Virus record (IMG/VR): IMGVR_UViG_3300042523_000478
Coordinates: 1-64,000 of that record
Direction: 5' to 3' (one strand)
DNA: 64,000 nucleotides
Source: a virus
Shown piece by piece: positions 27,720-38,322 of this stretch. Position 1 is the stretch's first letter, and each line of letters opens with the position of its first letter. Under the pieces are notes generated by a model. That model had not been told where the DNA came from and searched no databases. It saw only the letters and a list, made by a program, of their open reading frames with translations. Both the position numbers and the translations under genes were made by a program.

Positions 27720-28455
27720 TTTTTAATTTAAGAATTTTAGAATAATAATCAAACCAATATTTTTCTTGCCAAATTGTTCCTTCTTCTAAAAAGACCAATG
27801 GTTTGTTTTGCCAAGGTTTTTTTGCAATAAAATGTAATATTTTAATATATTTAGGTAAACCCGAATTTTTAAATATTTCTTTAGAATATGTTTTTAAATA
27901 ATTGTATTCGATAGAAATTGGGGTGATAATATCACTAAAGTAGTGGTCAATAATATCTTGGTCTAAATGTTCTGTAATTCCATAAATTGTTGTTAAATGA
28001 ATTAAATCATTTGTTATTTTTTCATTTAAAAATTCTTTACTAATTACCATTACCCCAGTGTTATATTGGTCAATATAAAGTTCTCTTACTGCACCAAAAG
28101 GTTTTTCATAATCAATCAAATAATCTATGTTACCTAATACAACAATGTCACAATCTAAAAATATAATCTTATCAAATTCCGTTAATGAAAAAATTTCATA
28201 TTTTGTATAATCACCAAACATTCTTTGTTGGTCTTTTAATTTTTCTATCTCAAAATATTTTTCAGTATCAAACTTTTTTATATGAATATTGTTGTATATT
28301 TTTCTTGAGGTAATTAAATCTTCAGGGTTTAAATCGTTACTAATTATAACAAATGGAATATTTTCATTTACAACTCTTGGGTTGTTATCAATTAATGATT
28401 TTAACATTACTTCAAACCCGATTAGATAATCTTTATTACAAACACTTACAAACAT
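27712..28455 (-). CDS. GT8 family glycosyltransferase
   Basis: YTKYEIF, IIFLDCD, YNTGVMV, DQDII, YN, ILHF..KKPW. Confidence 0.85.
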   Translation of the reverse strand: MFVSVCNKDYLIGFEVMLKSLIDNNPRVVNENIPFVIISNDLNPEDLITSRKIYNNIHIKKFDTEKYFEIEKLKDQQRMFGDYTKYEIFSLTEFDKIIFLDCDIVVLGNIDYLIDYEKPFGAVRELYIDQYNTGVMVISKEFLNEKITNDLIHLTTIYGITEHLDQDIIDHYFSDIITPISIEYNYLKTYSKEIFKNSGLPKYIKILHFIAKKPWQNKPLVFLEEGTIWQEKYWFDYYSKILKLKNG

Positions 28456-28495
28456 ATCTTAAATATAAAAAATCAAATGTAAAAGTGTATTAAAT

Positions 28496-28522
28496 AAAAA
28501 AACCCCTCTTTGTGGGAGGGGC
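28496..28522 (-). terminator. intrinsic terminator
   Basis: cccctc...gagggg hairpin followed by a T run on the minus strand, downstream of 28551..30203. Confidence 0.65.
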
Positions 28523-28550
28523 TAATAATATTTTTAATTATTATATTATC

Positions 28551-30203
28551 CTAAGATGACCACCTTGCACGACATCTCCAATTAATTATTGTGGATGTAT
28601 CACCTTCATCGTTATTTTGAACACTAACAATTATAGTGTCGTCGGCATAAGTCAAAACACTTGTAACACTTGAAGGAAATGTTGACTGGTTTAGATTTAT
28701 AGTAGGTCCGTCTGCTGACAATTCATACAATGAACCTGTATCTCCAGATAATAAATATCCAGATGTAAATTCTTGTGTTAATCCTGATAAATAATTGTTA
28801 TCATAAGCATTACACCAAATTTTTACATTTGTTGTTCTAAATTCTTGTGGTGTGATAAGTATTTCTATAATGTTTGCACTAGTACCTCCAGTTATTGTAA
28901 CATCTGCAGTGTTATATCTAAAGTTGTTTAAATCTACGTAAGATCCAGAATCATTATTATTGGTATAAATATAAATCTGACCGTTATCAACACTAATTTG
29001 GGACTCATTATTGTCGTCAGATGATGTGAGTGTAATTCCGCCTGATCTTAAATTAAACAATGAATTTGACGTAACTCCAGATTTTGTAACACCCATATTA
29101 ATTTCTCCAGAAATAGATGTAAAATCATTTACCGATAATGAAGCAAACTCTAAATTAGATTTTATCAAGGTTCCGTTTGTCATAACAATATCACTACCAG
29201 TTTCATTACCAATTGAAATTACTTCAGATAATGATGGTGTATTACCAGTAAAATCATTACCAACAATAACCAAACCATTTGAGTCAATGCCTAAACTATT
29301 AACTGAAGTGCCTGTTGATATATTTCCAATATTTAAATAAGGAACATAAACTGTGTCATCTGTTGTTCCTGTAATACCAGAACCACCAATAACCACAATT
29401 CTATCTCCCATAATAACCGAATTATTTGATATCGCAAAAGAACAATCCCCAATTACGGTATTTGTATATCCCCCAGATACGGTTGACCCATATCCTGAAA
29501 CGGTATTTCCATATCCCCCAGCAATAACTGAATTATATTTTATTGCGGTGTTAAATGAACCACCCCCGATTGTTACACCATCTAAATAAGCTTTATTACA
29601 AATACCTCCAGATATTGTGGCGTAAGTCCCATAGTTTTGATTTCTTGTACCACCGGCAACCACAGAAAAGTTTGATACCGATGTGTTTGAGTTACCCCCA
29701 CCAACAACAGAAGAACTTCCTAAGTTTGCATTATTACAACCACCACCAACAATTGAGAAGTCAGCAATAGATGTGTTGTTTAAACCACCTCCGATTATCC
29801 CATAAAGGGAATTAACCGTATTATTTTCCCCACCACCAACTACGGTACATTCACAAGTGGAAACGTTAAATGTTCCACCAGCAACAACCGATAAAGAATC
29901 AGATGCGGTATTATTTTTACCACCACCAATAAATGAAAACTCACCATTGGCAACGTTTAATGAACCACCAAGAATCCCAGAACAAAATCCTGAAGATGTG
30001 TTTAAAAACCCTCCACCAACAACCGAGTTATAACAAGACGATGTGTTATTTTGTCCACCACCAACAAATGAATATTTTCCTGATGAGGTATTTTGATAAC
30101 CACCTGTTACTGTCGCATATTGTCTAATTGCGGTGTTTTGATTATCACATCTTACTGTTGATGTTAGTCCACCAATAGGGTCGTTTATAATAACATATGC
30201 CAT
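28551..30203 (-). CDS. putative fibre protein with GGGxxN beta-helix repeats
   Basis: many roughly 15-aa S-x-V/I-x-GG-x-x-N repeats; N-terminus MAYVIINDPIGGLTSTVRC is paralogous to that of 30268..34356. Confidence 0.7.
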   Translation of the reverse strand: MAYVIINDPIGGLTSTVRCDNQNTAIRQYATVTGGYQNTSSGKYSFVGGGQNNTSSCYNSVVGGGFLNTSSGFCSGILGGSLNVANGEFSFIGGGKNNTASDSLSVVAGGTFNVSTCECTVVGGGENNTVNSLYGIIGGGLNNTSIADFSIVGGGCNNANLGSSSVVGGGNSNTSVSNFSVVAGGTRNQNYGTYATISGGICNKAYLDGVTIGGGSFNTAIKYNSVIAGGYGNTVSGYGSTVSGGYTNTVIGDCSFAISNNSVIMGDRIVVIGGSGITGTTDDTVYVPYLNIGNISTGTSVNSLGIDSNGLVIVGNDFTGNTPSLSEVISIGNETGSDIVMTNGTLIKSNLEFASLSVNDFTSISGEINMGVTKSGVTSNSLFNLRSGGITLTSSDDNNESQISVDNGQIYIYTNNNDSGSYVDLNNFRYNTADVTITGGTSANIIEILITPQEFRTTNVKIWCNAYDNNYLSGLTQEFTSGYLLSGDTGSLYELSADGPTINLNQSTFPSSVTSVLTYADDTIIVSVQNNDEGDTSTIINWRCRARWSS

Positions 30204-30234
30204 TTTTATTTTTTTTTATTAATTTTTTATTTTT

Positions 30235-30261
30235 AAAAACCCCCAAGTTTCCCTGGGGGTT
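30235..30261 (-). terminator. intrinsic terminator between the two paralogous fibre genes
   Basis: acccccaag-tttc-cctgggggt hairpin with a T run on the minus strand. Confidence 0.6.
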
Positions 30262-30267
30262 ATTTTG

Positions 30268-33200
30268 TTAAAGAGATATTTTTAATGTACCACTATCATT
30301 CCATACGTATCCGGTTATCCCAGGATCAGTAGTTGGTAAACCATCCATTCTTACTTCAGTAGTCGGTTGTCCACCTCCACTTACAGTAAAGTTATTAACA
30401 TATGTGTGATATGGTCTATCAGAAGTTATATTACAACCAACAATATGTGAGTGAATACAAGTCGCTTTGTTTGAACACCCTCCGATAATTGATGTGAAAT
30501 CTCCTGCCGATGTGTTAAGAGTTCCTCCACCAACAGTTGCGTTTAAACCTACCGATGTGTTAGATAAACCTCCAGATACAGTACCGTTGGTTGACGATGA
30601 TCTAACAACGTTAGATCTACCACCACCAATGTAACCATACTGACCACAAACTTTATTTCCACAACCACCAAATATACTACCAAAAGATGATGGAGATAAT
30701 ACCATATTATTATAACCACCCCCAATTGACCCATAAAGACATGAGTTTGTGTTTAATCTACCTCCACTAATCACAGAACCACAAGCGGTTAATGTATTAA
30801 TATTACAAGCACCACCCCCAATTGTTGAATTCCATATTAAAGATTGGTTACTAAATCCACCAGCAACTACGGTTGAAACCCCTGATGAAATATTTAACAT
30901 ACCCCCACCAACTACGGTTTGATAACATGATGATGTATTACTACAACCACCACCAATAAATGAGTAATATCCAGAACTTGTATTAGATCTACCTCCCGCA
31001 ATTGTTGAATAAGGGGAAGCGGCATAGTTATTAAAACCACCTAAAATTGAAGATCCGTTAGAATATGAAGAGTTAGTACAACCTAACGCAATTGACGAAT
31101 TTGCTGAAGCTATGTTTGAGTTTCCAGCCCTTATTGAAGAACCTACTCCAGTACCCGCAACTATAACACCAGTTAATCCAGTAAATGTAATTCCACCAAT
31201 AGAAACTGTTCCGTTTTGTCTTTCTAAGTTTAAGATACCAGTACTATTATCAAATGTACCTCCAGTTACATAATAATCATTATTTAAGAAACCAGTTGCG
31301 GTAACAACGTTTCCATTATTTAATGATAAATCTAAAGTTCCGTTAGAGTATGTTGCTCCAGTTACAAAATTATTTAATGTTTGGAATCCTAATACACTGA
31401 TTGGGGCTTGTCCATTATTTTGGAGTAATGTTAATTCTCCAGTTGACGCACTATAAGTAGCTCCGGTTAAGAATGTATCCGTACCACCTGTATAAAGTCC
31501 ATTTATTGTAACAGAACCATTTTGTCTATCTAATGTTATTGAACCATTAGAATAAGTTCCACCAGTTACATAGTAATCTGTGAATCCTGTAATTGTTACT
31601 GTTGATCCGTCAGTATTTGTTAAAGTTAAATCTCCAGCAGCAAAAGTACCACCAGTTAAGAACACATCAGTGTATCCAGTTGTAAACCCTGACACATCAA
31701 CTGTTTGTCCAGATGTGTTTGTAAATGTTACAACACCTGTACTAGAATTATATGTACCTCCGGTTAAACCTAAGTCAGTTGCTAAAATCCCTAAACTTAC
31801 CGTATAATCGTTACCATCGTTAACGGATGCCGTTAATGTAAATCCACTAGTGTCAAATGTTAAACCAGTTAAGAAATAATCTGTTGTTGACGAACCAACA
31901 ACAACATTACCTGAACCATCAACCGCTAAGTTTGAAACTGGAGTTGTTGCTCCTACTGTTTGAATATTTAAATATGGTACGTAAACAGTGTCGTTATTAG
32001 TTGATATAATATTTTGACCACCAACAACTGCACTTCTAGTTCCAACTGCGGTATTATTACAACCACCAAGTATCATTGAATATAAACCGGATGTTGTATT
32101 TAATCTACCCCCACTAATCACTGACCCACAAGCGGTTGGTAATGTTGTGTTACACGCACCACCACCAATTGTTGAATTCCATATTGATGCTGCGTTACGG
32201 TAACCTCCACTTACTGTTGTTGATACTCCAGAAGATGTATTACTGTAACCACCACCAATTGATGCGCTTACGCAAGTTGATTTATTATATCCACCACCAC
32301 CAATTGATGAATAGCACCCTAGTGATATGTTATAAAGTCCACCACCAATTGATGACTGAGTCCCTAATGATGTATTATTCCATCCACCTCCAATTGAAGA
32401 TTGAACCCCTAATGATGTGTTAAAACACCCACCACCAACAGTAGCTTGATTATTACAAGTTTTATTACCCCAACCACCAACAATACTTGACATATAACCT
32501 TGTGTTTGGTTTGAATAACCTCCACCAACAAATGAATACGCACCAGTCGCAGAGTTAAAATAACCACCCGCAACTGTATCGGTAACGCTGTTTGCAAGGT
32601 TGGATACACCTCCACCAACAGTAGCACCATACTGTGTTGCTACGTTATTATAACCACCAATTACTGTTGAATATTGTCCCGAAGCACTGTTATTATTATT
32701 TTTTCTAACTGTTGAGGATCCTCCTGTCCCCGCTATAATAACTGCGTCATCAATTCCAGAAATATTAACAGTACCGTTTTGTTGTTGTATTGTTATTGTT
32801 CCTGTTGATGGTGTGTAATATCCTCCAGTTACGTAAACATCTGTGTATCCAGTTAAGAAACCGGTAACATTAAATGTTCCTCCACTACTATTTGTAAATG
32901 TTGCGGTACCACTGTTAAGGTCATAAGTACCTCCAGTAATTGTCATATCTGAAGAAAGTATACCTAAATTAACCGTATCGGTAAATCCGTCATTTCTTTC
33001 TATTGTTAAATCATAATTAAGAGTATCAAAAGTCATTCCGGTAACATAAATGTCCGTAAACCCTGTTGTAAACCCGGTTATTAAAACAGATTGTATTTGA
33101 CTATCTAACGTTAAAGTTCCCGTATTGTTATCATATGTTCCTCCTGTAACATATGAATCTAATGCCGTAAATCCTGTGATTGTTACTGTTGAACCATCAG

Positions 33201-34356
33201 TATTTATTAAAGTTAAATCTCCAGCGGCAAAAGTTCCACCAGTTAAAAAAACATCTGTATATCCGGTTGTAAAACCTGATACGTCAACAGTTTGTCCAGA
33301 AGTATTAGTAAATGTAACAACACCAGTATTAGGGTTGTAAGTACCTCCGGTTAAACCTAAGTCGGTTGCTAAAATACCTAAACTTACACTATAAGAATTA
33401 CCATCGTTAACGGATGCCGTTAATGTGAATCCACTATTATCAAAAGTTAAACCAGTTAAGAAATAATCTTGTAGTCCATTAATAATAACATTACTACCAT
33501 CATTATTATCTAATGTTAATGTTTGTGTATTATAATCTAACGTACCTCCGGTAACAAAAATATCTTGTGTTAAAAATCCTCCAGTTGTTAAACTAACTCC
33601 ATTGTTGTTATCTAAAGTTAATAAACCAGTGTTAGTGTCAAAAGTAAAACCTGTTGCAAATACATCTTGAGTAATAAATCCTCCAGTTGTTAGATTAACA
33701 CCATTGTTATTATTCAAAGTTAATAAACCTGTGTTATTGTTAAAAGTAAGACCTGTTGCAAATACATCATTACCAACAACAACGTTTCCATTTAAATCTA
33801 TTCCTAAATTATTTAGAGATGTTGTTGACCCGACAGTATCAACATTTAATTGTGGCACATATACTGTGTTTGATTGAGTACCAATAATATTACTACCACC
33901 AAGTACAACACTTCTAGTTCCAACTGCGGTATTATAAGAACCACCAACAACTGATGAATAATTACCAAGAGTTGTATTAAATTCACCATTACCTATAAAT
34001 GAATCACACCCAAGACCGGTATTGTTATCTCCTCCTGTTACCGTAGAACCAGATCTAGAAACGTTATTATCACCACCAAGTACAATTGATTTTGTATCAT
34101 TTGCGGTATTACAATAACCACCAGCGATTACAGAATATCTACCTATTGCACTATTATAAGAACCACCACCAACGGTTGACCCATATCCGGTTGATTTATT
34201 ATAAGCTCCTCCGGCGATTATAGAGTAAGTATTATTGGAAGTATTTCCTCTACCTCCACTTACCGTTGAATACACCGCAGCAGCTGAATTTCCTTGTGAA
34301 CATCTAACGGTAGATGTAGTTCCACCAGTTAAATCGTTAATTATTACAAAAGCCAT
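30268..34356 (-). CDS. large modular fibre/adhesin: three GGGxxN beta-helix blocks alternating with VTGGTY shaft repeats
   Basis: 1362 aa; repeats D-x-[YF]-[VL]-TG-[GL]-T-[YF]...G-x-LTL; C-terminal LPTTDP..G.VWNDSGTLKIS fibre-tip motif. Confidence 0.75.
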   Translation of the reverse strand: MAFVIINDLTGGTTSTVRCSQGNSAAAVYSTVSGGRGNTSNNTYSIIAGGAYNKSTGYGSTVGGGSYNSAIGRYSVIAGGYCNTANDTKSIVLGGDNNVSRSGSTVTGGDNNTGLGCDSFIGNGEFNTTLGNYSSVVGGSYNTAVGTRSVVLGGSNIIGTQSNTVYVPQLNVDTVGSTTSLNNLGIDLNGNVVVGNDVFATGLTFNNNTGLLTLNNNNGVNLTTGGFITQDVFATGFTFDTNTGLLTLDNNNGVSLTTGGFLTQDIFVTGGTLDYNTQTLTLDNNDGSNVIINGLQDYFLTGLTFDNSGFTLTASVNDGNSYSVSLGILATDLGLTGGTYNPNTGVVTFTNTSGQTVDVSGFTTGYTDVFLTGGTFAAGDLTLINTDGSTVTITGFTALDSYVTGGTYDNNTGTLTLDSQIQSVLITGFTTGFTDIYVTGMTFDTLNYDLTIERNDGFTDTVNLGILSSDMTITGGTYDLNSGTATFTNSSGGTFNVTGFLTGYTDVYVTGGYYTPSTGTITIQQQNGTVNISGIDDAVIIAGTGGSSTVRKNNNNSASGQYSTVIGGYNNVATQYGATVGGGVSNLANSVTDTVAGGYFNSATGAYSFVGGGYSNQTQGYMSSIVGGWGNKTCNNQATVGGGCFNTSLGVQSSIGGGWNNTSLGTQSSIGGGLYNISLGCYSSIGGGGYNKSTCVSASIGGGYSNTSSGVSTTVSGGYRNAASIWNSTIGGGACNTTLPTACGSVISGGRLNTTSGLYSMILGGCNNTAVGTRSAVVGGQNIISTNNDTVYVPYLNIQTVGATTPVSNLAVDGSGNVVVGSSTTDYFLTGLTFDTSGFTLTASVNDGNDYTVSLGILATDLGLTGGTYNSSTGVVTFTNTSGQTVDVSGFTTGYTDVFLTGGTFAAGDLTLTNTDGSTVTITGFTDYYVTGGTYSNGSITLDRQNGSVTINGLYTGGTDTFLTGATYSASTGELTLLQNNGQAPISVLGFQTLNNFVTGATYSNGTLDLSLNNGNVVTATGFLNNDYYVTGGTFDNSTGILNLERQNGTVSIGGITFTGLTGVIVAGTGVGSSIRAGNSNIASANSSIALGCTNSSYSNGSSILGGFNNYAASPYSTIAGGRSNTSSGYYSFIGGGCSNTSSCYQTVVGGGMLNISSGVSTVVAGGFSNQSLIWNSTIGGGACNINTLTACGSVISGGRLNTNSCLYGSIGGGYNNMVLSPSSFGSIFGGCGNKVCGQYGYIGGGRSNVVRSSSTNGTVSGGLSNTSVGLNATVGGGTLNTSAGDFTSIIGGCSNKATCIHSHIVGCNITSDRPYHTYVNNFTVSGGGQPTTEVRMDGLPTTDPGITGYVWNDSGTLKISL
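31583..33469 (-). repeat. about 300-bp internal duplication (31583-31882 and 33170-33469)
   Basis: both copies encode DYFLTGLTFD.SGFTLTASVNDGN.Y.VSLGILATDLGLTGGTYN..TGVVTFTNTSGQTVDVSGFTTGYTDVFLTGGTFAAGDLTL.NTDGSTVTITGFT. Confidence 0.9.
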
Positions 34357-34398
34357 TTTGTTTGTTTGTTTTTAATGTTTATTTAATTTCTTTTATTT

Positions 34399-34406
34399 GA
34401 TAAATA
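34399..34406 (-). promoter_or_regulatory. putative phage late promoter TATTTAT
   Basis: gagaTATTTATc about 45 bp upstream of the 34356 start. Confidence 0.5.
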
Positions 34407-34464
34407 TCTCAATAAAAGATAAATAAAGAATTAATCTAAAAAAAAACGAAAATTTTATATGTAA

Positions 34465-36651
34465 CTAAATTAAAAAACTTGTTGTGGTGGTTGTGGTATG
34501 TCCCCCAATAGTGTAAGTAAAATCATTTGGTTCACAAACTACTATATCACAATCAGGACAAAATGGGTTAAACATCCTAAATTTTTCCTTTAATAAATTA
34601 AAGTTGTGTCTTATTTCTGAAGCATTTATTGGTTCAACATACATTCTAAATTGTGAAATACCACCTTCAAAAGTACCCCCAAATTCTTTTTCTAATAAAA
34701 TATTTGTTGTTAATCCGGATAATGATGTTCCGGACAAAATTGATGTTGGAAAACACTCTGGGTCTTGAATATAATTACTATAAGGAAGGGTACAAGAAGA
34801 AAATGTTAAATTTTCGTGAAGACCCTGAGTTCCCCCTCCCCAAGATATATTAAAAGGAACCCCTAATTGTTTTTCTTTATCGGTATTTAAAGCTCTTGGT
34901 ATCACTTCCTCAAAGTCCTCAATTGTATAATGTAGTTTACCGTTAACATATATTTTTAATCTACCATCCCTAAATTTTTTATCTTCAATCCAACTATAAT
35001 TAAGGTTAACAATATCAACACTTAATTCTATTTTTAACCCATTAGTATAAGGAGGTTTAATTAGTTCAACGGAATTGTTTGCCAAACTTTCTAAAGGTTC
35101 TGTTTTTGTAATATTACCTAACCCACCTCTGTACCATAAGTCACAATTGTCCAAATATGAATATCTTTCCCATACAACATCAAGTAAAAACCAATGTTCT
35201 AAATTTAAAAATTCTGGATTAATATTTTCACAATAAGAGTATATTGGAGGAGTACACCATTCTTGTATTGTATAACCTGTAACAAATGTTTGACCTGTTA
35301 TTGTGGTTCCTGTTGTAATACAATCTCCGGTAAACTTAAGAACTTTAATTCCAATACCAGGATTTTTAGGGTCTCCACATAATTTAAATGAAATATTATT
35401 TGACATAGAATCATATAAAGGGTCTTTCTCACAAGTATCCTCAATTGAAGTGTAACCTGTTGGGGTGCAATCCAAACAATCCAAACAAGTATCGCAAACA
35501 GCACAACTTGGAGTACAAACCGGAACAATGTGATCACAAGTTGGTATTGGACTTGGTGTAGGTGTTGGTGTAGGTGTTGGGGGTATTATTGTTACACAAG
35601 GGTGATTAAAACATTCCCACCCACAAGTTAAACAAGCGGAGTCTCCACATCCACACCCACAAGTTAATTTTTTTTCAGTTAACCCACCACATTTGTCACA
35701 ACCATAATTTAAATGAGGGTCATATTGACCATTTATAGATCTTGGGGGATACACAAAAATACATCTACTATTTGTTATAGTTTCATTACAACAAGCGCAA
35801 GTTTGTAAACAATTGGATAAAGGGGTGGTAACTCTAGTATAACCGGTAAAACAATTTGGTGTTCCATCGGCGTAATGATAAAACTTATTTTCCGCCCTAG
35901 TCCCCAAATAAAAAAAAGTATTTTTGTTTTCAGGATAAATTAAATTTAAAGTTGTTTCTCCAGTTGAGGGACCAAACTCATCGCAGAATCTTGGTTTTAA
36001 AACCATTTCAACAGACCAACCTTTATTTATTCTTTCCGGTAAAATTTCATAATCATAACCAAAAAGTTTATAAAATCCCTGATAGAACCCACCATACAAT
36101 TCGTGGTATTTACCTGCGGTTGGGTCTATCTTACTAACAACCTCATATAAGGTATAATTAGATATACCAGAAAATTTATTATATTCACCAGTATAACCAG
36201 TTACTTGTATTAACTTTAACCTTCTATCAACGTGTAACCTATCAAATTTAACGGTGTCGTCAAATAAACCATTTGTAAAAAATAATTCTTCTCCAGACAT
36301 TTTATTAACCAAACCATTATCAATACCTGTTAACCCAATATCACAAACGGTTGATGCCGAATAATTACAAAAATTTTCTTTTTTTGGGTTATAATAATTT
36401 TGGGAAACAAATATATTGTTTGGGTTAAAATTTTTATATGTTAATGTTAAATCCTGTGCGGTTAATGGGTTATCAATATCAAAGTATACCGGTAACTTAT
36501 TACCATATGTTTCTGCAATTAAATATGGTGAAAATATAACCTCCTCATAATAATCCCTTTCATCTGAAGTTAGGGACATGTCCATACTATCAGAAATCAT
36601 ATTAAGATTATATTTTTTATAAACGTATTGGTTAATATTTTGTTGTGCCAT
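34465..36651 (-). CDS. Cys-rich putative virion protein with split LamG-like fold
   Basis: 728 aa; GWSVEMVL, LKIYVNGKL, FEGGISQFRMY; central Cys clusters and a PT repeat. Confidence 0.55.
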   Translation of the reverse strand: MAQQNINQYVYKKYNLNMISDSMDMSLTSDERDYYEEVIFSPYLIAETYGNKLPVYFDIDNPLTAQDLTLTYKNFNPNNIFVSQNYYNPKKENFCNYSASTVCDIGLTGIDNGLVNKMSGEELFFTNGLFDDTVKFDRLHVDRRLKLIQVTGYTGEYNKFSGISNYTLYEVVSKIDPTAGKYHELYGGFYQGFYKLFGYDYEILPERINKGWSVEMVLKPRFCDEFGPSTGETTLNLIYPENKNTFFYLGTRAENKFYHYADGTPNCFTGYTRVTTPLSNCLQTCACCNETITNSRCIFVYPPRSINGQYDPHLNYGCDKCGGLTEKKLTCGCGCGDSACLTCGWECFNHPCVTIIPPTPTPTPTPSPIPTCDHIVPVCTPSCAVCDTCLDCLDCTPTGYTSIEDTCEKDPLYDSMSNNISFKLCGDPKNPGIGIKVLKFTGDCITTGTTITGQTFVTGYTIQEWCTPPIYSYCENINPEFLNLEHWFLLDVVWERYSYLDNCDLWYRGGLGNITKTEPLESLANNSVELIKPPYTNGLKIELSVDIVNLNYSWIEDKKFRDGRLKIYVNGKLHYTIEDFEEVIPRALNTDKEKQLGVPFNISWGGGTQGLHENLTFSSCTLPYSNYIQDPECFPTSILSGTSLSGLTTNILLEKEFGGTFEGGISQFRMYVEPINASEIRHNFNLLKEKFRMFNPFCPDCDIVVCEPNDFTYTIGGHTTTTTTSFLI

Positions 36652-36661
36652 ACTTTTTATT

Positions 36662-36690
36662 TATAAATACAACAAATCAAAGTATTTATA
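36662..36690. promoter_or_regulatory. divergent pair of TATTTATA elements
   Basis: TATTTATA on the minus strand (36662-36669) before 36651 and on the plus strand (36683-36690) before 36704. Confidence 0.55.
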
Positions 36691-36703
36691 TGAAAAACTG
36701 TTT

Positions 36704-37858
36704 ATGATTGAGTTTGAAAAAGAATATTTTAATAAACCATATTATTTCTTTTTAAAGGATAGGGGGAATAAAATATCTTTGCATTATTCTGTATCTGAAA
36801 ATTTAAATGAGGCAAAGAAAGAAGATAACAAAATGGACTTCCCTAAAAAAGAAGAAAAAAATGTTAAAAATTTTATTTCAAAAACCCTTAAAGATAGTAG
36901 AAAAATAAGTTTAGATTCTATAACTAAAAATTTAAAAAAATTAGTTTCCTCAACTAAAGATGAGGTGGTTGAAACAAAATTATTAGGGAAGATACTTTCA
37001 AAATCAATAACCTCATTTGTTAAAGGGGGTGATTTTAAATTAGATAAAGAGGACGTTGATTTTATTAAATCACAATCAAAAGATATTTTAAAATTAATAC
37101 CAATTATTGTTTTTCAATTGGTTCCAGGATCAACAATTGCAACTCCATTTATAATTTCATTAGCGGATAAAGCGGGTATTAGATTAAATAGTAAAATACC
37201 TGAAAAATATAAAAAGAAAGAAAAAGAAGGTGGTGAATTAGATGAATTTGTTGATGCGGATGGAAGTTTTTCTTCTTCAAACATACCAATTTTAGATATG
37301 GGACAACACACTCAATGGACACAAGACCAGAGAGCCGCATTAATTAGAAACGCTACCGGTATGTTCCCTCAAAGAGCTAGAATATTTTATGGGGAATCAA
37401 AAGAAAATAAAACACCATTAGAGGAAGAAAATTACTCCGACACTTATGGGTATGCGGAAATGGAAAATGTAAACTCATTTAATGAATGTTTAGAGGTTTT
37501 TGAAGAGTTGGGGGTAAAAGATCCGTTTGAAAGATATGAAAGATGTATGAGTTTTGGTTACGACCCTGAACTTGATGTAGAACTTAAACAAGAAAAAAAA
37601 CATGGTGAGTGTGAGGATTGTGATGTTAAAATGAGAATCAACGAACTTAGAAAAGATAAGATGAAAAAAATGATTGATGAAATCTTATTGGATAAAAAGA
37701 AAAAATCTGAGGATGTTGTAAAAAAAGATTCTGATGAAGACGATGAATCCCCAATAAGTAAAATACTTTTAAGAAATATAGAATCAATTAAGAAAATTGC
37801 AGAAAAAGAAGGTATTGATTTAAATAAATTAATAAAACATTTAAAAGAAGGTGAATAA
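36704..37858 (+). CDS. hypothetical charged protein, possibly a head internal protein, with a LETM1-like segment
   Basis: K/E-rich; DILKLIPIIVFQLVPGSTIATPF. Confidence 0.5.
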   Translation: MIEFEKEYFNKPYYFFLKDRGNKISLHYSVSENLNEAKKEDNKMDFPKKEEKNVKNFISKTLKDSRKISLDSITKNLKKLVSSTKDEVVETKLLGKILSKSITSFVKGGDFKLDKEDVDFIKSQSKDILKLIPIIVFQLVPGSTIATPFIISLADKAGIRLNSKIPEKYKKKEKEGGELDEFVDADGSFSSSNIPILDMGQHTQWTQDQRAALIRNATGMFPQRARIFYGESKENKTPLEEENYSDTYGYAEMENVNSFNECLEVFEELGVKDPFERYERCMSFGYDPELDVELKQEKKHGECEDCDVKMRINELRKDKMKKMIDEILLDKKKKSEDVVKKDSDEDDESPISKILLRNIESIKKIAEKEGIDLNKLIKHLKEGE

Positions 37859-38321
37859 AGATTTATATGGACAAGTTATTTATCTACCAAAGGAGATAGT
37901 TGAATACTTAGGGATTTGTTTTAACCACTTACCTAATTCTGACACCTCGATTGAAGGACATAAAAGAAACCAAGAATTAAGAGATACTGGGTATGTTACT
38001 TACCAACAATTAGGGAGGATTAAAAATTGGTTTGATAATTATTCTGGGGACGGAAAAGACGCTCCATATATTTTAAATGGTGCGGATTATATGAAAAGTT
38101 GGACCGATAGGACCTTAGAGAGTATGAGAAATGGGGATTCGTTCACAAAAAGGATTGAAACTGAACATATGCCAGAACCAATTGATGGTAAAGTATATGA
38201 CGATATGGGTTGGTTAGCAGATATGAATAGACCATCTAAAGAACATAGTAAGTTTACGGATGATATAAAAATCACTGAAAACCTTAAAAAAATAAACAAA
38301 ATAATGCAAAAACTACTTTAA
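37851..38321 (+). CDS. hypothetical phage protein
   Basis: 156-aa ORF (GTG start) overlapping the upstream stop; VTYQQLGRIKNWF. Confidence 0.6.
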   Translation: MNKDLYGQVIYLPKEIVEYLGICFNHLPNSDTSIEGHKRNQELRDTGYVTYQQLGRIKNWFDNYSGDGKDAPYILNGADYMKSWTDRTLESMRNGDSFTKRIETEHMPEPIDGKVYDDMGWLADMNRPSKEHSKFTDDIKITENLKKINKIMQKLL

Positions 38322-38322
38322 A

